DNA of 64,000 bases from Candidatus Poribacteria bacterium (lineage in GTDB: Bacteria; Poribacteria; WGA-4E; PCPOR2b). Location of the stretch: the NCBI GenBank assembly GCA_965116925.1, contig OZ220744.1:5248001-5312000 (forward strand). Direction: 5' to 3'. Both the position numbers and the translations under genes were made by a program. The notes beneath the pieces are model-generated. The model was not told the DNA's origin and did not search any database. It saw nothing but the letters and a program-made list of their open reading frames with translations. Shown piece after piece: positions 38,018-46,970 of the stretch (the first letter of the stretch is position 1; the number at the start of each line of letters is the position of its first letter).

Positions 38018-39019
38018 ATGAAAATTAGACTTGCACAGTACGGTATCTCCCATGACCATGCGTCAGGAAAAGCACGGGTAATGCAGGAGAACGATGAAGT
38101 CGATTTTTGCGGTATCTTTGAGCCGACACTCGACACCCGCAACACGATCGGAAGCAAACCGCCCTTCGCCGATGCACACTGGTTTTCATCGAAAGAGGAG
38201 ATGCTAGAAGATGAAACAATTGTTGGGGTTGCTATCCAAGGGAAAGTCTCGGAGAACCTCGGCTTTGCGCGGGAAGCACTTGAGCACGGCAAACATGTCT
38301 GGCTCGATAAACCTGCCGGCGATGACTTGGAGGCGTTCCGTGCAGTTTTAGACATCGCACGAGAGAAAGAGTTGCTGGTGCAACTCGGCTATATGTTCCG
38401 CTATAACGCCGGCTTTCAGTTTATCCTTGATTGGGCGTGGTCGGGCAAGCTCGGAGACATCTTCTCCGTCCGTGGACGGATAGCGTCCGGCGGTTCGACC
38501 GAAGATGCGTGGAAGCTGTGGGACTCACGCGGGGAACATGAGGGCGGTATTATGTTCATACTCGCTTGTCATCTTATCGATATCTTTGTCGCCTTATTGG
38601 GGCGTCCAGAGCGGGTGACTCCGTTTTTGAGAAATGAGGACGAGGATTTTCCGTGGTATCAAGACAACACGGTGTCTATCTTTGAATATCCGAACGCGAT
38701 GGCAGTTATAGAGTCAACGGGATTGGAAGTTTCGTCGGGGGCGTCGAGACGTTTAGAAGTTTACGGCACACGCGGCAGCGCAATCCTTGAACCGCTTGAA
38801 CCGCCGGCGTTACGCCTGTGTCTCGACGAAGATCGGGATGGATATGTCGAAGGTTGGCAGACGGTGCCGGTAGAAAATCGTCCCCGTTATGTTGAAAGCC
38901 TTCGCGCGTTCATTGCGGATATTCAAGGTGAGAAATCGCCAGACCGTTCGCTCGATCACGAATTCACCGTTCAGGAGACTGTGCTTCGTGCTGCGGGCAT
39001 AATTGATGGGAACGATTGA
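38018..39019 (+). CDS. Gfo/Idh/MocA oxidoreductase
   Basis: GKHVWLDKPAG, QLGYMFRYN; AGGAGG RBS. Confidence 0.87.
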   Translation: MKIRLAQYGISHDHASGKARVMQENDEVDFCGIFEPTLDTRNTIGSKPPFADAHWFSSKEEMLEDETIVGVAIQGKVSENLGFAREALEHGKHVWLDKPAGDDLEAFRAVLDIAREKELLVQLGYMFRYNAGFQFILDWAWSGKLGDIFSVRGRIASGGSTEDAWKLWDSRGEHEGGIMFILACHLIDIFVALLGRPERVTPFLRNEDEDFPWYQDNTVSIFEYPNAMAVIESTGLEVSSGASRRLEVYGTRGSAILEPLEPPALRLCLDEDRDGYVEGWQTVPVENRPRYVESLRAFIADIQGEKSPDRSLDHEFTVQETVLRAAGIIDGND

Positions 39020-39078
39020 CTATCAATTCCACCGAGGTCTAGAGGTCTTAAGTGCAGTACATAATCGGAGGTCAAAGC

Positions 39079-40572
39079 ATGGCAGACAGAGATGCACCAA
39101 TTGTTGTCAATTCAGAAAAACAGCTGTTTATTGATGATAAATTTATCGCTGAAAGCGATGGGGGCACCCTCACGATGAATCCCCCACAACAGATTCCCGA
39201 ACCGGTTTTGGAAGTGGATCGACCGTGGGAAGGGGTCATCGGTGCCTATAACACCGTGTTGAAGGAAGGCGATCGATTTCGACTCTGGTATGACGTGATC
39301 CTGCCGGAAGGGTCATCGGAAATTTTACGAGGTATCGCTTATGCAGAATCAGACGACGGCATCCACTGGACGAAACTGAACCAGAACCTCATTGAGTTTC
39401 AAGGCTCAAAAGAAAACAACCTCGTTGCGCCGCGTCTGCCGGACGCACCACGCGGCGAGATGGAAGGTGCGACCGTTTTCAGAGATACGAATCCTGCCTG
39501 TCCGCCCGAAGAACGCTACAAGCTCTGGACCAAGATGCAGCGCATCCCCCCGGAGGATATTCAGGCTGGAAAAACCGGCGGTCTGGTGCAGATGTATTCC
39601 GAAGATGGCATCTACTGGAACGTGTATGACAAGCGCGTTGATACCCGCCACTGCGATACGCAGAACGTCCCTTTCTGGGATGAGCGGCTTCAAAAATATG
39701 TTGGCTACGTCCGTTCACGGACGGAGACGGAGGATTACCGAGGTCGTTCTATCGGGCGTGTTGAATCGGATGATTTTCAGGATTGGTCGGAGACTCAGAT
39801 TGTGTTCCAAGCGTCACCGGAAGATTGCCGCGCCCCAATCCCACCCGCTTATCGTGAGCGTCTTGGGTCGTATGTGGATGTTTATACCAACGGCTGCATG
39901 AAGTATCCCTTCGCGCAGGACGCCTACTTTATGATGCCAAGTTTCCTGTATCATTGGGATTGCAAGGAGATACCAAACGAGCGGCAGATTAATTTTCCTG
40001 ATACCTGTGATGTCCGATTGCTGACCAGTCGGGATGGAATCAATTGGAGATACACCGGGGGACGGAAGCCTTTTCTACGGCTTGGAGCGTGGGGGAGCCT
40101 CTCGGCACGGATGATTTACGCAGCACCCGGCGTTGTAAGGGTGGGAGATAATCTGTGGCACTACTACAAGGGATCCAACTTCGACCATTCCAGCCAGCCT
40201 GACCCGGGATCAAACGCAAAGGGTAGCGGGCTATTTCGAGCTATTTCTCGGTTGGACGGCTTCATCTCAGTAGACACCCCTTATGAAGGTGGGACGCTGA
40301 CCACCCCTCCGCTGATATTCAAGGGAAATGAGTTGGCGGTGAATATAGACACAAGTGCAGGTGGTATCCTCCGCGCCGAAATTCAGTCCGCTGATGGGAA
40401 ACCAATTGAGGGCTATACCTTAGCGGATTCCGACGAACACAATGGGAATTCAGTCTCTATGCCGGTTCGTTTCCAAGGGAAATCAGATGTCAGCGGACTT
40501 GCGGGCGTTCCGATCCGTTTGCATTTTCAGATGTACGACTGCAAACTCTATGCGTTTCAGTTCACGGTCTAG
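39079..40572 (+). CDS. hypothetical beta-propeller glycosidase-like protein (GH32/GH43-like fold)
   Basis: QLFIDD, repeated S.DG..W Asp-box-like motifs, RLDGF, C-terminal KLYAFQF. Confidence 0.55.
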   Translation: MADRDAPIVVNSEKQLFIDDKFIAESDGGTLTMNPPQQIPEPVLEVDRPWEGVIGAYNTVLKEGDRFRLWYDVILPEGSSEILRGIAYAESDDGIHWTKLNQNLIEFQGSKENNLVAPRLPDAPRGEMEGATVFRDTNPACPPEERYKLWTKMQRIPPEDIQAGKTGGLVQMYSEDGIYWNVYDKRVDTRHCDTQNVPFWDERLQKYVGYVRSRTETEDYRGRSIGRVESDDFQDWSETQIVFQASPEDCRAPIPPAYRERLGSYVDVYTNGCMKYPFAQDAYFMMPSFLYHWDCKEIPNERQINFPDTCDVRLLTSRDGINWRYTGGRKPFLRLGAWGSLSARMIYAAPGVVRVGDNLWHYYKGSNFDHSSQPDPGSNAKGSGLFRAISRLDGFISVDTPYEGGTLTTPPLIFKGNELAVNIDTSAGGILRAEIQSADGKPIEGYTLADSDEHNGNSVSMPVRFQGKSDVSGLAGVPIRLHFQMYDCKLYAFQFTV

Positions 40573-40584
40573 CACAGCGTTTGC

Positions 40585-41622
40585 TTACCATCGTCCCAGA
40601 TACAGCGACCGGTTTTCCATCGGCATTTTGACCCGCGCGCCCTTTTGACGCTGTGAATCGACGATGCCGAGCGTGATTTCGGTGCTGATACGCGCAAGAT
40701 GGATGTTTCCTGTTGTTTCACAACCGGTATCGATTGCTTCGACGATATCCTCAATGCAGCCGACGGTGCCGCTTTTCCGCACAAAGGGAGGATACGCAAC
40801 GTCCAGGATCTCGTTGAACTCTCCCCGTTTACGCAGTTGAAAACCGCTCCCGTTATTCAACGAGCGCACGGTGCCGTCGCTACAATCGACTTCAAATTCA
40901 TAAGCACTTCCGGGGATACTAACCCCGTGAACGCCATTTTTGAATCGGACGTATCCCATCACGATGGATGGGTCCGCGTCGGTGCGGTTATCGTCGAAAT
41001 CTGCGTCATCGACAGCGACATTGCCCTGAACATATTCGACTTCGGAATCGCTTGCTAGAAAGAGGAGCATGTCTGCAGCGTGCGTATATCCCCAAAGCGC
41101 AGAGCCGCCGGAATAGGCGATGACCGAATGCCGCTCCCCAATCTCGCCACTCTCCACAATTTCTCGCATCTTGAGATAGCCGGGGGTGTACCGACGTTGT
41201 GTCCCCAGATTGAACTTCATCCCATACCGATCGCAAGCCTCAACCATGGCATCTGCTTCCTCCATTGAAGCGCATAGCGGCTTATCGCAGTACACCCCCT
41301 TCACCCCATGTTCCGCCGCAAAGATAGTGATTTCCGCATGGTTTCCCGGACGGGTTGCTACACTAATAATATCCGGCTTCTCTTTCTCTATCATCTCCCG
41401 ATAGTTCGCGTATTGTTTGGGGATATTCCACTTCGAGCACACATATTTTGCTTTTTCTTCCACAACATCCGACGCAGCAACGATGGTTGTCCGCTCATAA
41501 GCTGTATATCCAGCGGCATGAGAATAGGGCAGAGCCGGATGTCGACCGCCTCCTACCTCTTCGTCGATAGTTCCGCCCATCCTGCCACATCCGACAATAC
41601 AGACACGGTATTGATTTGCCAT
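40585..41622 (-). CDS. Gfo/Idh/MocA oxidoreductase
   Basis: VCIVGCGRMG, YCDKPL; paralog of 6713-7771. Confidence 0.88.
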   Translation of the reverse strand: MANQYRVCIVGCGRMGGTIDEEVGGGRHPALPYSHAAGYTAYERTTIVAASDVVEEKAKYVCSKWNIPKQYANYREMIEKEKPDIISVATRPGNHAEITIFAAEHGVKGVYCDKPLCASMEEADAMVEACDRYGMKFNLGTQRRYTPGYLKMREIVESGEIGERHSVIAYSGGSALWGYTHAADMLLFLASDSEVEYVQGNVAVDDADFDDNRTDADPSIVMGYVRFKNGVHGVSIPGSAYEFEVDCSDGTVRSLNNGSGFQLRKRGEFNEILDVAYPPFVRKSGTVGCIEDIVEAIDTGCETTGNIHLARISTEITLGIVDSQRQKGARVKMPMENRSLYLGRW

Positions 41623-41690
41623 CTGTTTCCTCCCTTTCGGTATTGGTTGTAGGGGCAACCCTTGTGGTTGTCCTCCTCGGTTGCTTCGTC

Positions 41691-44600
41691 CTAATGCTCT
41701 TGGTTCTCGAAGGTCGATTTCATCTGTGAAATCCAATCGTACAGCAGTTGCGCCGCTTGCAGGTCTTGCTGCGAAGTTGCCAGAGGTGGCATCTGACCCT
41801 CGCCGCGACGAGCGACACGCTGGTAAAGGATCGAGCGTTCCGGATCGCCGGGCGCGATGAGCACCGCGTCAGGGATTCCGTAAGTATCGTGTTGTGGACG
41901 GAAACCGACGCTATAAGTTTTGTCCAGCTCTGTTGTGAAATCTAACACGATACGAGCGTTGCCACCGCCTGTGTGGACATGACAGTTTGCACACGCAGCG
42001 TGTAGATACGACCGCGCCCTCGCCTCAAGGGGTTCTTTAGGGTTGTATGGGTCAGCTAGCTTGGGGTACTCCTTTGGCGACTTCGGCAGCGGTTTCTTGA
42101 AAACGCCGATGTGGTTCAACGCTCGCAGTTGATTGTCCGAAACGGCACCGTAGTCGTGGACTTTGTTCATTTGGAGCGTGGTGAGTCCTAGGACGTAATT
42201 GGCAGCGCGACTATGACACTCCATACACGTCTCCCGACTAGGATAGTGCCAAGACTGCTCACGACTGCCACTAGGGACAGTTGAATCCTGAATCGTAAAG
42301 ACACGGTCTGTTCCAGCGGCGTCCACCAGAGTGGCGTCGGTTTGTTCATCGTTCCAGATATAGGAATATCCCACCCATTCGCCCTGTTGTCGAGTCAGCA
42401 GCCGTGTTTCAACTCGGTGTCTGGAGGTAGGATTTCCTGCTTCCAAATCGAGCGCGAAGGTTTGGATCAGTGCCGTCCCATCCGGGAAACTCCATCCGAC
42501 CCCATCGGCAGCGGACATCTCGATTTGAGAATCACCCGGTAATGCGATGAATCGTTCTACATGTGCCCCAGCTGCCCACAGCGGCGCGTTGACTGAATAG
42601 GGAATAAGCCCCGGATCGGTCTGATGCTCTTTAATCGATGTAAACATACCCGTTTCGCTCAAGCGGGTCGGAAACTTTTCCGTGGATTCAGGTTTGCGCT
42701 CTAATTGATAGATACCACGTGCCAGATCCACGATTAACATTTCATCGTTATGATCGGTGCCGAAACTCACGATCTGCAGCGTTGTATCGGCAATTTCCCG
42801 ATGCCAGATAAGTTTCTCGCCATCGTGCCGCAATGCCCACATTTTTCCAGTTGCGTAGTCGCCGTAGACATAGGCACCCCGCAGTTCTGGGAACTTTGAG
42901 CCGTAATAGACAACGCCCCCGGTGATTGAGCGGGCTTCGGAGTGGGGGTGTTCGACTGTTGGCTTGACAATGGGTGTGGGACCCTGTTTGCGGTTAAGGA
43001 AGAAGGGATGGCTGCCTTCGTAAAGGCTCCAGCCGTAGTTATCCCCGCGACGCACCAGATGGATCATCTCCCACCGATCCTGCCCGACATTTCCTGCCCA
43101 TAGATGCCCCGTCTCGCGATCAAAGGTGATGCGCCACGGGTTGCGAATCCCGTAAACCCAAATTTCAGGGCGTGCACCCTCAAGGTGGACGAAAGGGTTA
43201 TCGCTTGGGATCGAATAGGGATGCCCCGCCTCCGGATGATCGACATCAATGCGCATAATTGTCGCGGGTAGGTTACTGAGATCTTGCCCCTTGGGATCTC
43301 TATCGTAACTTCCGGGGAGACCGGTGAGGTTAGTATCGGAATCCATCGCGCCGTCGCCGGCAGGGATGTAGAGGTATCCGTCGTGACCAAACGCGAGATC
43401 GCCGCCGTTGTGATTGTTCGACAGCCACTCTAGGAGAATCAGCTCGGAGTTCGGATCACAGTCATACGGCGGTTGGCGATTCACCGTAAAGCGCGAAACG
43501 TAATTTCTGGTCTCAGTTACTTTTCCCCCTATCGGCCCATTGCTGACCACGTAGAGATAGCCGTTTTCTTTGTAATTTGGATGGAATGTCAAGCCGTAGG
43601 TTTCGCGCCCGGTATCAATCAGAAATTCGGCATGTTCTGCCTCTGGATCGTCTTTGAAGCGACGAATCTTACCCCCTAGCTCAATCACAAGCAGTTGGTC
43701 TGTCCCCGGCTCAGGCTCGATATAAACGGGTTGATCTAACGGAAATTTGGTAAACGTTTGCTTGGGCTGGAGTGATATAGTTGGTCCAGATTCTGACCCT
43801 GACGTTTTGCCGGTCAGCGTCGATAGAAATGCGAGTAAGTTATAATGGTCATCAACCGACAGGAGTTGTGCGTAGTTATCCGGCATCGGGGATTTTACGT
43901 TGATTCGCTTTCCGAAAGCACGGCTATAGATTGGACCCTCGTCAACATCGAATTTATCAACGATTCGTTTCGCGCCGTTAACCTCCAAGACAATCTGGTT
44001 TTCGTTCTCAGAAACTAACGTACCGACAATCGACTCGCTGTCAAAGAGGGTGACAGTCACGTAGGTCTTCAGGTTTGATTTTGATACCGTTTGCACCGCT
44101 TCGGAGGGGGCTGCCACTTTGAGCGTAAGCGTCTCTTCATCCTCTCGGACGAGATCGCCACTAATCGGCTCCGAATTGGTAGGCGTCACCTGAATCCAAA
44201 AATACCCTTTCTCCGCTAAATCCGTCAACGCTTCAATAGGTTCAGGATCAATCTCATTCAACGGGAGCGTCATCTCGGTTGTTTCCGCCGATTCTTCGAT
44301 ACCCAAGACGATTTTTTCGGTATCTTGTGAGATGAGCGTTCCCTGAAGAACCGTGCCACCGGTTATGACCGACGCCACGCCGTACCCGCGGACAATCTCA
44401 GCGTTCGGTTTCAAAATTGATTCTTCGATATAACCGATGCTGTTTAATGCAGCAATACCTGTTAAGTCAGGACCCGGGAAGATCTCAACCCCATCGTCAA
44501 GCGTTTGGTTTTCAGGCTTCTCAATCCCGCTAATATCGTGACAGGCGATACATTTTACGACATTGACGAATACATCCGCCCCTCGTTCCGCGTCTGCGGC

Positions 44601-45245
44601 ATGGATAAGTGGACGTGCCTCCATCTCCTTCGCAACGGTTTGTATATCAACCGGCGGCTCAAACGGCGTCAGATCTACCGCTCCGCCCTGACTCTGAAGG
44701 AATGCGATGACCGCTTCAATCTCTAAATTCGACAAGCTAATCGGCGGTTTCCACGCCGGCGTCATAGTCTTACCGTACCCGTGGAGGAGGAATGCAGCTG
44801 GATCATAGAGAGATTCGATGAGATACGCCTTCGCCCCCATACCCGGCTTTCGCGTTGCGGCATCCACCCCAATATCGGTGAGATCGGGGCCTCTGCTCGG
44901 CGGTGCGGAGGGATTGAGCGTGTGACAGGAATAGCACGAACCTTGCCCGTTGAAAATCGCTTTTCCTGCCTCCACAAACCGCCCCGGCTCACGCGCTAAG
45001 GTTGAGAGATTGTCGGTATTGTCGGGGACACCTACGACGCGAGAGGTCTCCCACGGAATCCGTCGATCTATTCCATAGGGTTTCTCATCTGACGAGTTTT
45101 CGTTGGTTGATGCTGCTCCGCAAAAAACTAACATCAGAATAACGCTAACTCCAAAAAGAAAAAAAGAGCCAACGAGCGTGCAAAAGCGGACAAGTGTTTG
45201 CATCTCGATCCGTCGGGGGCGAAACAGATAACTGCTAATACGCAC
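41691..45245 (-). CDS. exported multi-heme c / PQQ-dependent sugar dehydrogenase (GSDH-like) fusion
   Basis: Signal-like N-terminus (start may be 45203); CYSCH, CIACH, CMECH, CANCH; NHNGGDLAFG, GIRNPWR, GDNYGW, SITGG. Confidence 0.8.
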   Translation of the reverse strand: MRISSYLFRPRRIEMQTLVRFCTLVGSFFLFGVSVILMLVFCGAASTNENSSDEKPYGIDRRIPWETSRVVGVPDNTDNLSTLAREPGRFVEAGKAIFNGQGSCYSCHTLNPSAPPSRGPDLTDIGVDAATRKPGMGAKAYLIESLYDPAAFLLHGYGKTMTPAWKPPISLSNLEIEAVIAFLQSQGGAVDLTPFEPPVDIQTVAKEMEARPLIHAADAERGADVFVNVVKCIACHDISGIEKPENQTLDDGVEIFPGPDLTGIAALNSIGYIEESILKPNAEIVRGYGVASVITGGTVLQGTLISQDTEKIVLGIEESAETTEMTLPLNEIDPEPIEALTDLAEKGYFWIQVTPTNSEPISGDLVREDEETLTLKVAAPSEAVQTVSKSNLKTYVTVTLFDSESIVGTLVSENENQIVLEVNGAKRIVDKFDVDEGPIYSRAFGKRINVKSPMPDNYAQLLSVDDHYNLLAFLSTLTGKTSGSESGPTISLQPKQTFTKFPLDQPVYIEPEPGTDQLLVIELGGKIRRFKDDPEAEHAEFLIDTGRETYGLTFHPNYKENGYLYVVSNGPIGGKVTETRNYVSRFTVNRQPPYDCDPNSELILLEWLSNNHNGGDLAFGHDGYLYIPAGDGAMDSDTNLTGLPGSYDRDPKGQDLSNLPATIMRIDVDHPEAGHPYSIPSDNPFVHLEGARPEIWVYGIRNPWRITFDRETGHLWAGNVGQDRWEMIHLVRRGDNYGWSLYEGSHPFFLNRKQGPTPIVKPTVEHPHSEARSITGGVVYYGSKFPELRGAYVYGDYATGKMWALRHDGEKLIWHREIADTTLQIVSFGTDHNDEMLIVDLARGIYQLERKPESTEKFPTRLSETGMFTSIKEHQTDPGLIPYSVNAPLWAAGAHVERFIALPGDSQIEMSAADGVGWSFPDGTALIQTFALDLEAGNPTSRHRVETRLLTRQQGEWVGYSYIWNDEQTDATLVDAAGTDRVFTIQDSTVPSGSREQSWHYPSRETCMECHSRAANYVLGLTTLQMNKVHDYGAVSDNQLRALNHIGVFKKPLPKSPKEYPKLADPYNPKEPLEARARSYLHAACANCHVHTGGGNARIVLDFTTELDKTYSVGFRPQHDTYGIPDAVLIAPGDPERSILYQRVARRGEGQMPPLATSQQDLQAAQLLYDWISQMKSTFENQEH

Positions 45246-45387
45246 TGGTAAAAGCCTCCAAATTGCTTAGTAAATTTCGACACTCGACTAACTCTTTTGA
45301 CATTTTATCAAATATGAGTTACACTTCTGCGAATCGTTATTGAGGGATAGCATCAAAATTTATTATAAAATAAAGGTTGGGTGAACA

Positions 45388-45774
45388 ATGCGACGAAAGA
45401 GATATTTTACGGTAGAAGAAGCGAACCGATTGATCCCTATGCTAGAACAGAGACTGTCAGAACTGAGGGAGTTTCGGGTGGAGTTAGAAGAACTTGGGGC
45501 AGACTTGACTCCGCTCTTTGAAGTTATTCGTCACAACGGTGGACATCCAAAGACACCGCAGTTTCTCGAATTGACAGGAAAGTTCCGGGACGCTATTGAG
45601 GAGATTCAGTCCTATGGGTGCACGATAAAAGATATAAATCCGGGATTAATCGACTTCCCTCACCTTCTGGAGGGTAGGGAGGTCTACCTCTGCTGGAGGG
45701 TTGGGGAAGAAGCGATCATGTACTGGCACGAAGTTGATGCCGGGTTTGCCGGAAGACAGTTGGTTGAAGAGTAA
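45388..45774 (+). CDS. DUF2203 family protein
   Basis: YFTVEEANRLIP, IKD...GLIDFP, YLCWR.GE, WHE...GFAGR. Confidence 0.85.
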   Translation: MRRKRYFTVEEANRLIPMLEQRLSELREFRVELEELGADLTPLFEVIRHNGGHPKTPQFLELTGKFRDAIEEIQSYGCTIKDINPGLIDFPHLLEGREVYLCWRVGEEAIMYWHEVDAGFAGRQLVEE

Positions 45775-45882
45775 AACGGTGTCTACAGGGTTTGAGAAAT
45801 TGAGGGATTGGGATAACCCAATCCCTCAGTTACGCAGAATATCGTCGTTCCTATCAAAACACACCTTCTTGTCCGCTTGCCC

Positions 45883-46899
45883 TCAAATTTCCCCTTTATA
45901 CTCCCGCTCAAGGGTATCGGTGAAATCAATTACCCGATCTAAAGCCTCACTCGCACGATCGCGAGCTGTACTCGTGGTTTCCTCCTCGGCAAGCCATTTC
46001 TGTCGCTCCGGAATCCAATGCTCCTTGAGATACCCCAATTGATTCATAAAGTGCGGATCTTCGGTGTCACTGACGAAGTATTCAATCACGCCGAGCAGCC
46101 CGTATTTTCGATTCGTCTCCATATCTTCCACTTCCGCCGCAATCTGGTCTGTTAGCACCTTGTTTCGATCCTGCCGTGCCTGCCCGACCTCCTTTGCTGA
46201 TTCTGTCAATAAGTGTTCAACGAAAGCCTGCTTGGAATTGACCCAGCGGGGTAGGCTCTGAGCATACTCCTCAAGATCGAACCTGCCGTTGCGCCGGATA
46301 GCGGAATAGCTGTGGATATGGACGTTGCGGAAAAATGCGGTATAACCCACATTTGGGTCCATCGTGTCAGCATCGTAGAGGATCTGATTTTCGACATTCC
46401 CGTAGAGAAAATCGTACCGCTCGTCGGTGAGGTTCATCGGCTTCAGGTGAGCCAGCACAATGGCGCGAACCGCGTCAACAAAGTCCTGATCAAAATCATA
46501 CATCGCCAGTATCTTTTCGGTGATAACCGCCCCTGATTCATGATGAACCGTGCCGGCAAGGTTGTTCTCGTTATAGAGCCGGGTGACGAGGTTCTCTCGA
46601 CTCGGCATGAGTTGTTCATTCAACCAGAGCCCGTCATGATTAAGAACCCGCTTGCCGTTCTCATCCGACAAGATTTCACCGTCATACCGCTTGGTGATGT
46701 CGTGCAACGTTCCCGCGACTTCGAGCTTGGTGACATCGCCGCCCTCACGCCTACCGAGTTCCATGCTCATAGCGCGAACCCGCATCGTATGGTTCCAATT
46801 ATAGTGTCGCCATTGGAATCCGACACGATTATGATCCCATAAGCTGTTGGTTTCAGCGAGGAGATTTTCAAGTTCTCTTAATACTTGGGGGTAGTTCAT
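45883..46899 (-). CDS. HD-domain phosphohydrolase
   Basis: HTMRV, LHDITK, HH, YDAD. Confidence 0.8.
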   Translation of the reverse strand: MNYPQVLRELENLLAETNSLWDHNRVGFQWRHYNWNHTMRVRAMSMELGRREGGDVTKLEVAGTLHDITKRYDGEILSDENGKRVLNHDGLWLNEQLMPSRENLVTRLYNENNLAGTVHHESGAVITEKILAMYDFDQDFVDAVRAIVLAHLKPMNLTDERYDFLYGNVENQILYDADTMDPNVGYTAFFRNVHIHSYSAIRRNGRFDLEEYAQSLPRWVNSKQAFVEHLLTESAKEVGQARQDRNKVLTDQIAAEVEDMETNRKYGLLGVIEYFVSDTEDPHFMNQLGYLKEHWIPERQKWLAEEETTSTARDRASEALDRVIDFTDTLEREYKGEI

Positions 46900-46970
46900 A
46901 AAGCCTCCTTTTGCGTCATATTGGGCACAGCTGCTTGCACCCCGATTCTATCCGAGCGTAAAGGGTCGTT

